From Bacillota bacterium (lineage in GTDB: Bacteria; Bacillota; Clostridia; Oscillospirales; Ruminococcaceae), in contig JAEWXO010000046.1 of the NCBI GenBank assembly GCA_023458875.1, positions 178-64,177 of the forward strand: DNA of 64,000 nt, in the 5' to 3' direction. The first letter of the stretch is position 1; every line of letters begins with the position of its first letter. This document shows, one piece after another, positions 10,119 through 19,992 of this stretch. Under the pieces are notes generated by a model. It did not search any database. It was not told where the DNA came from and worked only from the letters and a program-made list of their open reading frames with translations. The translations under genes and the position numbers were made by a program.

Positions 10119-10859
10119 TTATTCACCTTTAAAATTTTTACGAAAATTATTTTTACGGTATATTTTCGGAGTTACACCTGTCTTTTCTTTAAACATGCTT
10201 ATAAAATGACTGCAAGAGGAAAAAGCAAGATACTGAGAGATATCAGACTCTGTATATTCAGTAAACCTCAGCATCCTTTTGGCCTCGTGTATTTTTGCCG
10301 TCTTTATATATTCTGATAGTAAAACCCCGGTTTCTTTCTTGAAAATTGCCGAAAGATAATTTGGTGATATATTTGTTGCCTGAGCTATTGAATTTATAGT
10401 TATTTTAGTATTCAGATGTGTATTTATAAATTCAAATGCCTTAATAATATAATTGGAATACAGACCATTTTTTGCGAGTTTATTCATACGGTATGCAAAA
10501 TCTATAATCATATCACGATGAAGCTGCTTTATTCCTGAAATTTCATTGCAGGCATCAGATTTCCTTATATACATATCACTTAAAGAAAATGCAATTTCCT
10601 TATCCATTCTGTTTTCGATACACATACGGGTTATAATGGAAACAGAGATAATAAAATGATAACGTATATTACGTACAGGATCATCTGAAAGCTGTCCTTT
10701 ATCTTCAGAATCAAGATTAAATTTCATGTTTTTTAGTTTTTCTGTGTCTCCGTGAATAATCATGTCATAAACAGTATATTCATCATTATAATCAGAATGA
10801 TGTGTTTCATTTTCACGCTGTACGAAAAGCAGGTCTTCAAATTCACATATATTGTTCAT
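10119..10859 (-). CDS. AraC-family transcriptional regulator
   Basis: C-terminal double HTH (SPNYLSAIFKKETG...FSSCSHF...GVTPK.YR). Confidence 0.9.
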   Translation of the reverse strand: MNNICEFEDLLFVQRENETHHSDYNDEYTVYDMIIHGDTEKLKNMKFNLDSEDKGQLSDDPVRNIRYHFIISVSIITRMCIENRMDKEIAFSLSDMYIRKSDACNEISGIKQLHRDMIIDFAYRMNKLAKNGLYSNYIIKAFEFINTHLNTKITINSIAQATNISPNYLSAIFKKETGVLLSEYIKTAKIHEAKRMLRFTEYTESDISQYLAFSSCSHFISMFKEKTGVTPKIYRKNNFRKNFKGE

Positions 10860-10994
10860 CTGATACTCCTTATTATAATATTGTGATACAATTAATTAAA
10901 ATCTGATATAATAATTTATGTTTATATTATATAATAAAAACATAAAATTGTAAAGCATATGTTTTATTTTAATTAAAATGGAGGAAAATATAAT

Positions 10995-11729
10995 ATGGTA
11001 AACGTTAAAGGAACATGGTGCCTTATAACAGGCGCAAGCAGAGGTATCGGATATAAAATAGCTTTATTTATGGCTGAACACGGTGCCAATCTTATATTGC
11101 AGAGCAGAAACAGTATTCATACTGAAAAGGTACTCTCAGAGGTAAAGGCATTAGGTGTGGAGACATATATAGTTGAAGCAGAGCTTTCATCACCTGAATC
11201 AGTATACAAAATGCTTGAAGTTATCGATAAAAAAGGAACAAATGTTGAAATTGTTTTTAACAATGCTGCTGTACAGATAGCATACAGAAATGATTTTTTT
11301 AATACTCCTGTTGAAGATTTTGTACAAAGCTTCAGTATAAATACAATTGCGCCGGCTTTGATATGTTATCACTTTTTACCTAAAATGATTGAAAATGGTT
11401 TCGGAAGAATAATAAATGTAACGAGTGGAATAAAAGACGAACCTCAGCAGGCTGGATATTCTTCAAGCAAAGCAGCACTTGATAAATTCACTATTGATTT
11501 GTGTCCGACAATTGAAAACACTGATGTAATCATGAGTCTGGCTGATCCGGGATGGTGCCGCACTGATTTAGGTGGACCAAACGCACCTAATTCGGTAGAA
11601 AGTACTATTCCGGGAATGTGTGTAGGTGCCTTTGTTGATGATAAAAAAAGTGGAAGACTTTTTCGTGCACAGGAATTTGCAGCGATGACACTGGAAGAGG
11701 CTGTATCTAAAGCAGAAATAATGTCATAG
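10995..11729 (+). CDS. SDR-family oxidoreductase
   Basis: TGASRGIG, NNAA, YSSSK and PGWCRTDLGG motifs. Confidence 0.9.
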   Translation: MVNVKGTWCLITGASRGIGYKIALFMAEHGANLILQSRNSIHTEKVLSEVKALGVETYIVEAELSSPESVYKMLEVIDKKGTNVEIVFNNAAVQIAYRNDFFNTPVEDFVQSFSINTIAPALICYHFLPKMIENGFGRIINVTSGIKDEPQQAGYSSSKAALDKFTIDLCPTIENTDVIMSLADPGWCRTDLGGPNAPNSVESTIPGMCVGAFVDDKKSGRLFRAQEFAAMTLEEAVSKAEIMS

Positions 11730-11927
11730 AATTCTTTATGAATAAAAAAGTGATAAAATAAGCGTTTTATTGTCATTTTGCCATTTTTATATTCAACAAG
11801 TAAAAAAATTACCTAACTGAGTAAAATATCTCCGTTTTAAAATCACCATATAAGGTTTATAATCAATAATATAATAAATGTGAAAAACACACAAAAACAT
11901 TACACATAACAGGAGGAAATTTTACTT

Positions 11928-13229
11928 ATGAAATCAAAAAGAATTCTTAGCTGTATTTTTGCTACAGTTTTAGCAGCAGGATGCTTTGTCGGCTGCGGTG
12001 ATGAAGACAACAGTGGATCGAGCACTGCCGGCAAAGGAGAAAGTAAAGGCGGAGAAACCAATCTTACATTATGGAGTATTTCTACAAAGAGTGACTCATT
12101 TCACTCTGCATACGAAAAAGCAATCGAGGAGTTTGAAAAATCTCATGAAGGTGTAAAGATTACTCACGAAACCTTTGAAAATGAATCATATAAGACAAAG
12201 ATTAAATCAGCAGTTGCAGCTAATGAACTTCCTGATGTATTCTTTACATGGGCAGGAGGATTCTCACAGTCATTTGTTGACTCAGGAAAGGTACTTGCGC
12301 TTGATGAATACTATACTGATTATAAAGATGAATTGTCCGAAACTGTTTTGTCAAATTTAATTTATGACGGCAAGCTTTACGGTTCTGTAATATGCACACC
12401 TGTATCAGCAATGTGGTATAACAAGTCAATATTCGATGAGAATGGTCTTGAAGCTCCAGAGACATGGGACGAATTTGAAAATGTCTGCAAGACTTTAAAA
12501 GATAACGGTGTTACACCAATAGCAACAAGTGCAAAAGACAAATGGGTATTAGCTATGCTTCACGATGCACTGACGCTTAAATCTGTAGGCCCTGATAAAC
12601 TCTACAGTACTCTTAAAAAAGAGAGCGGTTCATATTCAGATCCTGACTTCCTGACATCAGCTCAAAAAATTCATGATCTTGTAAAGGGCAAATACTTCAT
12701 TGAAGGTGCTGCAGGATTGTCTAACGATGAGGCAAGTGCAGAATTCTATAAAGGAAATGCAGCAATGTACTTTACAGGAAGCTGGATGGGCGGATCAATT
12801 ATGACAGATGCTAAGAATCCTGATGATTTTTCAGTTGCTCCTGTTCCTGTAATTAATTCTTCAAACGCGAAAATCACAGACTTTATGGGCGGCGGATCAG
12901 ATTCACTTATGGTTGCTGCTTCTACAAAGACACCTGACCTCTCAGCTCAGCTTGCATTTGAAATAACAAAGGGAGTTTCAAAGTATGGCTACCTTTCAGG
13001 AGCTGGAATTCCGGCATGGAAAATAACATATGACGATTCATCAGTTCCAAAGCTTACAAAGGCTGTGGCTGATTATGCAAATAACGCAACGTCATTTACT
13101 CTATGGTTTGATACACTCATGGAATCTGAAGATGCAGGACAATATCTTGAACTTCTCCAGAAACTATATATGGATGAGCTAAGCCCTGAAGAATTCCAGG
13201 AAGCAATGGCAGATCAGCTTAAGAAATAG
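11928..13229 (+). CDS. Sugar ABC transporter solute-binding lipoprotein
   Basis: Lipobox FVGC, SBP_bac_1 motifs (PDVF, WYNK), first gene of an ABC operon. Confidence 0.9.
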   Translation: MKSKRILSCIFATVLAAGCFVGCGDEDNSGSSTAGKGESKGGETNLTLWSISTKSDSFHSAYEKAIEEFEKSHEGVKITHETFENESYKTKIKSAVAANELPDVFFTWAGGFSQSFVDSGKVLALDEYYTDYKDELSETVLSNLIYDGKLYGSVICTPVSAMWYNKSIFDENGLEAPETWDEFENVCKTLKDNGVTPIATSAKDKWVLAMLHDALTLKSVGPDKLYSTLKKESGSYSDPDFLTSAQKIHDLVKGKYFIEGAAGLSNDEASAEFYKGNAAMYFTGSWMGGSIMTDAKNPDDFSVAPVPVINSSNAKITDFMGGGSDSLMVAASTKTPDLSAQLAFEITKGVSKYGYLSGAGIPAWKITYDDSSVPKLTKAVADYANNATSFTLWFDTLMESEDAGQYLELLQKLYMDELSPEEFQEAMADQLKK

Positions 13230-13307
13230 TTCAATATAAATCTGAAATTATCTTAGGAATACATCCTAATTTTCTTCTAAAACCTCTTAAATAGCATTTT
13301 AGCATAC

Positions 13308-13336
13308 GCTGACTGGTCATTAAAAAACCAGTCAGT
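13308..13336 (+). terminator. Intercistronic stem-loop after the SBP gene
   Basis: GCTGACTGGT / ACCAGTCAGT inverted repeat. Confidence 0.55.
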
Positions 13337-13377
13337 TGTGTAATGCTATAAAAATCTTGTAAAAAGGTAGGATTTAT

Positions 13378-14259
13378 ATGGACAGGATTCGAAGAAATAA
13401 ACTGGCATTAGTAGTTTTTTTACTTCCTGCAGTTATTTTATTTTTCGGTATTATTATTATCCCGATTTTTATGTCATTGATTTATAGCTTTCAGGAGTGG
13501 AACGGAATAACCAATGGCGAATTTATCGGTTTTAAAAATTATGTTGAGTTATTTACAAGTAAGTCAGCGAGTTTTCCTAAAACACTGACAAATGCAATGC
13601 TTCTGGCTGTTTTATCTGTTTTCATTCAGCTGCCTATTTCTCTTTGTTTAGCTTTACGAATTTCAAGGGGAATAAAGGGTGAAAGATTCTTTATAACGGT
13701 ATTTTTTATTCCCGTTCTTATTTCTACCGTAGTTATAGGACAGCTATGGCTGAAAATATATAACCCGAATTACGGTATATTGAATGTAGCGCTAAGAACA
13801 ATGGGACTTGAATCATTGTGCCATACATGGCTCGGAGAAAAAGAAACAGCGCTTATGGCTGTTTTTATCCCTAATCTTTGGCAATTCGTAGGATATCATA
13901 TGTTGCTTCTGTATGCGGGAACAAAAAGCATTTCACCTGATGTAATAGAAGCCGCTAAAATCGACGGAGCAAGCAACTGGCAGGTTTCAACAAGAATCAT
14001 TATCCCATTACTTAAGCCGGTAATAAAAATATGTGTTATTTTTGCCGTTACCGGTTCTCTTAAGGCTTTTGATATGATTTATGTTCTGACCAGGGGAGGT
14101 CCGGCTCATGCAAGTGAAGTTCCAAGCACTCTCATGGTTTCAATGATCTTTGACCAGAGTCGATACGGCTTTGGAAGTACTATCGCTGTATTTATAATTT
14201 TCCTTTGTTTCTTCTTTGCACTGCTTATAAAGAAATGCATAAAAACGGAGGATGATTAA
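13378..14259 (+). CDS. Sugar ABC transporter permease
   Basis: EAA loop EAAKIDGA; multiple TM segments. Confidence 0.92.
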   Translation: MDRIRRNKLALVVFLLPAVILFFGIIIIPIFMSLIYSFQEWNGITNGEFIGFKNYVELFTSKSASFPKTLTNAMLLAVLSVFIQLPISLCLALRISRGIKGERFFITVFFIPVLISTVVIGQLWLKIYNPNYGILNVALRTMGLESLCHTWLGEKETALMAVFIPNLWQFVGYHMLLLYAGTKSISPDVIEAAKIDGASNWQVSTRIIIPLLKPVIKICVIFAVTGSLKAFDMIYVLTRGGPAHASEVPSTLMVSMIFDQSRYGFGSTIAVFIIFLCFFFALLIKKCIKTEDD

Positions 14260-14260
14260 A

Positions 14261-15145
14261 ATGGCTGATTATAATTATTTTGACGGTATCAAGGATTTAA
14301 AGCATGTGAAACAACCGGCTTTAAGAACTAAAGCTCCGATAGTTTCTTATATAATTTTAATATTCTGGACACTTATATGTATTTTTCCACTTTATTGGAT
14401 GTTTACGTTTTCATTTAAAAACAATGATGAAATATTCGGCGAAAACGTAATAGGATTACCTAAAAAATGGCTTTTTTCAAATTATAAGGATGCAATTATA
14501 GTGGGGGATATAGGAAATAATTTTCGCAACAGCTTGATTGTTACCGGATTTACAATATTATTGACTGTAATAGTTGCTTTAATGGCATGCTATGCACTGA
14601 CACGTATGAAATGGCGCGGCAGAAAAATTATGAATAATATTTTTATGCTTGGTCTCACAGTGCCTATTCATGCAGCACTTCTTCCGGTATTTGTTGTATT
14701 AAGATTTTTTAAAATGACTAATTCATATCAGGCATTGATTTTTCCATATTCAGCATTTGCACTTGCTATGGCAATAATGATATTTGGAAGCTTTATGGCA
14801 AATATACCTACTGAGCTTGAAGAATCTGCGTGTATAGACGGATGCGGTACATTCGGAATATTTTTTAAAATAATAGTTCCTCTTATGCTGCCGGCAATCT
14901 CGACTGTTGCAATATTTACATTTCTTCAGGCGTGGAATGAGCTTATGTTTGCTGTAATATTCAACAGTAAATCTGAATATCGTACACTTCCTGTAGGAAT
15001 TCAGGAGCTTTCAGGCTCATATACAACTGCCTGGGGTCCGATAGGTGCTGCACTTGTAATAGCAACATTCCCGACATTGCTTATATATGCTTTCATAAGT
15101 AAAAAAATACAAGCAAGTCTTATTGCAGGAGCAATCAAAGGTTAA
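14261..15145 (+). CDS. Sugar ABC transporter permease
   Basis: ESACIDGC EAA loop, WNE motif and GAIKG C-terminus. Confidence 0.92.
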   Translation: MADYNYFDGIKDLKHVKQPALRTKAPIVSYIILIFWTLICIFPLYWMFTFSFKNNDEIFGENVIGLPKKWLFSNYKDAIIVGDIGNNFRNSLIVTGFTILLTVIVALMACYALTRMKWRGRKIMNNIFMLGLTVPIHAALLPVFVVLRFFKMTNSYQALIFPYSAFALAMAIMIFGSFMANIPTELEESACIDGCGTFGIFFKIIVPLMLPAISTVAIFTFLQAWNELMFAVIFNSKSEYRTLPVGIQELSGSYTTAWGPIGAALVIATFPTLLIYAFISKKIQASLIAGAIKG

Positions 15146-15146
15146 T

Positions 15147-15181
15147 AAAAGTCTGCGGAGTAAATTCTTCGCAGACTTTTT
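15147..15181 (+). terminator. Intrinsic terminator
   Basis: AAAAGTCTGCGGAG / TTCGCAGACTTTT. Confidence 0.75.
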
Positions 15182-15294
15182 CAGATAGTAACCTAAAAAG
15201 TTTATGGTAAATATTTTTTTGATTAGTTAGTCTGTATATGATATAATTATTATAATATGAATGTTTATTACCAATACAGATTAAGGATGATTTT

Positions 15295-17022
15295 ATGAAC
15301 AAAAAAACAAGTAGTTTTTCAAAGCTAAGCATAAAGAAAAAAGTCCAGTATATTTTTATTTTTGCTATGGGAATATGTGTGCTGTCATGTTTTATATTGT
15401 TTTATTCATTTATACGTGTTAAAATGACAGAATCAATTTATGAAAAAAATTATGACAGACTTAATTCAATCGAACAGAATTTTGAATCAGTTGTTTCAAA
15501 TGTAAATAATATAAGCAAGCTTATTATGGTAAATGACATTGTTAGTGACTATCTTAAGAGCGAGAAAGATTCTGTTATAAAAGCCAATCTTGCCAGAAGC
15601 GTTATTTATGATATGATCAGTTCATTTTCAGGAAATTATTCTGTCTTTATATTCAGAAATGATAAAAGTTATATTCATACCGGGATAGGGATTATACGTC
15701 CTGATAATTATATCATTTTTCAAAGTGACTGGTTTGATTATGTAAGTGAGCTCAAAGGAAAATATACTATAATTCCAAATACCAAAAAAGCATTTATATT
15801 TAACACACAAACAGATATTGTATCGTTTGCAAGAATAATAAATGATGTTGATACACAGACTCCGCTTGGAATGCTTGTAATAAATATCCCTGTAAATGAG
15901 CTTGAGCACACTTATGATAATTTTACAGGAAAAGACAGCAAATTTGCGTATGTAGACAAAGACAAAAACATTATCTGTTCAAATATAAGCGACGGCGATT
16001 TTGGTTTTATTTATACAGATAATAATACAGAAGATGTCAGGTCATATTCTTCTGAAATATTTAATAAATATGTGGTTATGCAGAGGCAGATTACTGATAC
16101 AGAAATCCGTGTTATGTATAAATCAAGGGTAAATATTCTTGAAGAAATTACAGTTGAAATAGCAATAAGTATACTGAGTGTAATGTTAATTGCAATTTTA
16201 ATAATGTTAATAATAAATGCATATATAAACAAGTATGTAATATATCCGATAAGCAAACTGGCATACAGTATGAACCAGGCTGAGACAGGTGAACTCGTAC
16301 ATGTAAATATAGATTCAAATGATGATGAAATAGGAAGACTCAAGGACTGTTACAACAAAATGCTTATTCAGATTGACAGGCTTATAGGTGAGGTTATAGA
16401 GCAGGAAAAGCAGCGTCAAAAAGCTGAGATGAACGTTATTCAGGAGCAGATAAAGCCACATTTTCTATATAATACACTTGATACAATAGGATATATGTCA
16501 TTGCAGAACTCAAGAGAAGAAGTTTATGATGTAATAGAGACTCTTGGCAATTTCTATCGCCGGTTTCTTAGCAAAGGAAGTGAAAATATAACTCTTGCAG
16601 AAGAGATTTCAATAGTAAAGGACTATATTAAGCTTCAAAGGCTACGATATAACGATATGTTTGAAGATGAATATGATATACAGGAGAATCTTAATTCAGT
16701 AACTATACTTAAGCTTCTTCTTCAACCGCTGGTTGAAAATTCAATATATCATGGAATACGTCCTAAAGGTGAAAAAGGAATAATAAAAATAACTGTATTT
16801 TCAAGAGGAAATACGATGCACATAATAGTATATGACAGCGGTATAGGTATGAATCAATTTCAGATCGCTCAGCTGCTTGACGGTAAAAACAAAACCAGTT
16901 TCGGATTCAAAGGAACAATTGACAGAATAAAGAACTTTTATCAGATTGATGATGTTGTTAAAATAAGAAGTGTTGAAGGTGAATACTGTGAAATAGAAAT
17001 AACAATTCCTCTTCAAAAATAA
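15295..17022 (+). CDS. YesM-type sensor histidine kinase
   Basis: HAMP, QIKPHFLYNTL, LQPLVENSIYHG and DSGIG motifs. Confidence 0.92.
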   Translation: MNKKTSSFSKLSIKKKVQYIFIFAMGICVLSCFILFYSFIRVKMTESIYEKNYDRLNSIEQNFESVVSNVNNISKLIMVNDIVSDYLKSEKDSVIKANLARSVIYDMISSFSGNYSVFIFRNDKSYIHTGIGIIRPDNYIIFQSDWFDYVSELKGKYTIIPNTKKAFIFNTQTDIVSFARIINDVDTQTPLGMLVINIPVNELEHTYDNFTGKDSKFAYVDKDKNIICSNISDGDFGFIYTDNNTEDVRSYSSEIFNKYVVMQRQITDTEIRVMYKSRVNILEEITVEIAISILSVMLIAILIMLIINAYINKYVIYPISKLAYSMNQAETGELVHVNIDSNDDEIGRLKDCYNKMLIQIDRLIGEVIEQEKQRQKAEMNVIQEQIKPHFLYNTLDTIGYMSLQNSREEVYDVIETLGNFYRRFLSKGSENITLAEEISIVKDYIKLQRLRYNDMFEDEYDIQENLNSVTILKLLLQPLVENSIYHGIRPKGEKGIIKITVFSRGNTMHIIVYDSGIGMNQFQIAQLLDGKNKTSFGFKGTIDRIKNFYQIDDVVKIRSVEGEYCEIEITIPLQK

Positions 17023-17045
17023 TCAGGACAGGAGATTTAAATATT

Positions 17046-17780
17046 ATGTATAAAGTAATGATAATTGATGATGAAAAATCACTCAGAAATCTTTTAAAGC
17101 TTACTATTCCGTGGAAAGAGCTTGGGCTTGAAATGGCAGGTGAAGCTGAAAGCGGAATAGAGGCAATTAATATTATTGATGAAATAAGACCGGATATTGT
17201 TTTTGTTGATATACGAATGCCGTTTATGGATGGAATAGAATTTTCAAAGATTGCCATCAAGCAGTACCCTGATCTTAAAATAGTTATTCTTACTGCTTTT
17301 AATGATTTTGAATACGCACGTAAATGTGTCGGTATAGGCGTATGTGAATACCTTACCAAGCCTATAGTCAGAGCTGATGTTACAGCAACTTTAAAGAAAA
17401 TTATTGACGACCTTTCAAGACAGATTCCTTCAAAGGAAGAGCAGAATAATAAGAATTTAGTCGGTGGAATGAATAAAATATGTGATTACATAAACGAAAA
17501 TTATAAGGATTCCGAAATAAATCTTACATCTGTTGCAAATAAGTTTGGTTTTAATGCGAGTTATCTCAGCAGAAGATTTAAAGAAGATATCGGTGTAAGC
17601 TTTGTAGACTATGTTACAAAATGCCGTATGGAAAAAGCGCTCGAGTATCTCCATCAGAAAACGGCAATGTATATTACCGCCAGAAACGTTGGCATACCGG
17701 ACCCTAATTACTTCAGCAAATGTTTTAAAAAATATACAGGAAAAGCTTACACAGAAAAAATGAAAGAAGAAACCATATAA
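17046..17780 (+). CDS. YesN-type response regulator (REC + AraC HTH)
   Basis: IIDDE, DIRMP and KP motifs; AraC HTH. Confidence 0.92.
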   Translation: MYKVMIIDDEKSLRNLLKLTIPWKELGLEMAGEAESGIEAINIIDEIRPDIVFVDIRMPFMDGIEFSKIAIKQYPDLKIVILTAFNDFEYARKCVGIGVCEYLTKPIVRADVTATLKKIIDDLSRQIPSKEEQNNKNLVGGMNKICDYINENYKDSEINLTSVANKFGFNASYLSRRFKEDIGVSFVDYVTKCRMEKALEYLHQKTAMYITARNVGIPDPNYFSKCFKKYTGKAYTEKMKEETI

Positions 17781-17832
17781 TTTTTTGGTTGTGATTTTTA
17801 AAGTGTGTCCTGAAAATTCTACCACATTACAC

Positions 17833-17950
17833 CCAACAACCGCTTAATTGCCGCACTTCTACAAAAATGTCAAAGTCAAGACCGCATTTGCGTTCATTTT
17901 AGCCTTGACTTTGATATTTTTGTAGATATAATGACAAAGGCGGTTGTTGG
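17833..17950. repeat. Long nested imperfect inverted repeat (MITE-like palindrome)
   Basis: Inner arms 17858-17880/17904-17926 (22/23 match); outer arms CCAACAACCGC / GCGGTTGTTGG. Confidence 0.75.
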
Positions 17951-18003
17951 TGAGTTATGTCGATTGATAGCATTTACACGGTTGGGTGTTCAGACTCAAT
18001 TTT

Positions 18004-18876
18004 TTATCTGTAGAATTTTTTAAATTCCGTAGGAGTACAATGCTTTACTTCTTTAAAAGCACGGTTAAATGATGTTATGCTTGAAAATCCTGAACGCATA
18101 GCTACTTCAGTTATTGATATATCCGGGTCGAGAAGGAGCGTCTGGGCGGCATTTGTACGTATTTTATTTATATACTGAATATATGACATTTCATTGTATT
18201 GTTTAAATATTCTTGAAAAATGATACTTACTGTATCCGGCAATATCTGCAAGCTTATCAAGTGTAATATCATACATATAATTTTTTTCTATATACTTGAG
18301 CACTGTTCCGAATCGTGTATCGTATTCAACAAGCTTTTCAGGAGTGCAGTTAAGTGTATTTTTATGCTGTGACAACTGATTTTCACGTATTTTGGTCAAT
18401 AGTGAAAGTAGTGAAATATATATTTTTAATTCTGAAAGCTCTGATTTTTTAAAGTACTCCTCATATATTCTGAACATAGTTTTCTTGGAATAATTATATA
18501 CTTCTTCATCTGACCCTGCGTTAATAAATGAAATGCCTGACAGTACAGTTGTGACGGAACTGAGTGCAGTATTTTTTCCAAGGACAGAATCATCACACTG
18601 AAATATAATCCGTCTTCCTTCATGCGGTGATTTAAGCGAGTGCAGCTCCCCGGGTGGCAAAATAATAATATCACGTTCTTTAAGTTCATATACTGTTTCG
18701 TTTGCACTTACTGTAAAACCGTTCTGAAGGGGCATTATTATTTCTACAGCATTGTGCCAGTGAACAGGGTAATCTTCATCATCGTCATTGTCATAAAGAA
18801 TTATAAAATGATTCTCAGAATACTCTACAGTTTCAAAATCTCCGTTCAGATGTTTTATCAATGTTATTACCTCCAT
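18004..18876 (-). CDS. AraC-family regulator with cupin sensor domain
   Basis: HWH..E and PGELH motifs plus HTH; divergent from the xylose operon. Confidence 0.92.
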   Translation of the reverse strand: MEVITLIKHLNGDFETVEYSENHFIILYDNDDDEDYPVHWHNAVEIIMPLQNGFTVSANETVYELKERDIIILPPGELHSLKSPHEGRRIIFQCDDSVLGKNTALSSVTTVLSGISFINAGSDEEVYNYSKKTMFRIYEEYFKKSELSELKIYISLLSLLTKIRENQLSQHKNTLNCTPEKLVEYDTRFGTVLKYIEKNYMYDITLDKLADIAGYSKYHFSRIFKQYNEMSYIQYINKIRTNAAQTLLLDPDISITEVAMRSGFSSITSFNRAFKEVKHCTPTEFKKFYR

Positions 18877-19083
18877 ATAAAAATGATTTAATTATATAAT
18901 CAAAAATTGCTTGTCATTGATGATATTATAGCATATTTAAGTGTTATTTGTAAATAATATTAGTGATTTTGAAAAAAATAAAGCAAATAATGAATATATG
19001 ACCGCAATTTTTGAAAAGCTTTTTATGATACAATATAATATAATACATTATGTAAACATAAAATGTAAATGGGGAGGTCGAAA

Positions 19084-19992
19084 ATGATTGTTGAATGCAA
19101 TGAATTGAATTACAAAAATTTTGGAAAATGCATCTTCGTTGATAATAAAATTGTAAAGCTGATTGCAACGCTGGATGTAGGACCAAGAATTATTTTCTTC
19201 GGATCAAGTAACGGAGAAAATGTTCTGTTTGAGGATATTCAGAGAAATTTTGCAGAAGACACCGCTCAATACGGAACATGGTATGCGTATGGCGGACACA
19301 GAATCTGGCGTGCACCCGAAGTAATGCCTGAAACATATTATCCGGACAATGAAAATGTTGAATATACATTTAACAATAATGTTCTTGAATTGACTCAGAG
19401 ACAGACACCGTTCGGAAAGAAGTTCAGTATTGTATGTACCTTCAATGATGACAATACAGTAAAGATAGAAAACAGGATTACTAACTGCCTGGATAAACCA
19501 CAGAAATTTGCACCATGGTCTGTTACCGGACTCGCACCGGGTGGAATAGAGATTATACATATGTGCAATGACAATACAGGATTTCTTCCTAACAGAACAA
19601 TTTCGTTGTGGCCGTATTCAGATATAAATGACAGCCGCTTTAAACTTTTTAATGACATAGCTTTCTTAAAACATGATTCGTCATCTGAGAGAGCTTTTAA
19701 AGCAGGATTTAACATTACATGCGGAGAAGTCAGATATATTATCGGAGAGCAGACATTTACAAAATATTTTGATAAATATGACCAGAATCTTAATTATCCT
19801 GATTTTATGTGTAATTTTGAAACATATACAAATAAACATTTTCTTGAATGTGAGCTTATTGGGGACGAACGTGAATATCAGCCTTATCAGACAGCAGTTA
19901 TTTCTGAGACATGGTCTGTAAGACGGTCTTCGACCGACGATCTTGAAAAGATTGATTTTTTTATAAATAAGGGGAATACGTACAATGTATAG
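19084..19992 (+). CDS. Conserved protein of galactose-mutarotase-like fold (DUF4380-like)
   Basis: VGPRI, YGGHRIWRAPE..P.TYYPDN and E.Y...FLE.E motifs; GGAGG RBS before ATG 19084. Confidence 0.55.
   Translation: MIVECNELNYKNFGKCIFVDNKIVKLIATLDVGPRIIFFGSSNGENVLFEDIQRNFAEDTAQYGTWYAYGGHRIWRAPEVMPETYYPDNENVEYTFNNNVLELTQRQTPFGKKFSIVCTFNDDNTVKIENRITNCLDKPQKFAPWSVTGLAPGGIEIIHMCNDNTGFLPNRTISLWPYSDINDSRFKLFNDIAFLKHDSSSERAFKAGFNITCGEVRYIIGEQTFTKYFDKYDQNLNYPDFMCNFETYTNKHFLECELIGDEREYQPYQTAVISETWSVRRSSTDDLEKIDFFINKGNTYNV

Noticed and set aside
9906..10316. 136-aa plus-strand ORF across the candidate ncRNA
   Set aside because: Antisense to AraC, with no RBS and no recognisable protein features.
13237..13250. 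TAAATCTGAAATT resembling the cassette motif
   Set aside because: Isolated, inside a conserved ABC operon and not followed by RBS+ATG; a chance match in AT-rich DNA is likely.
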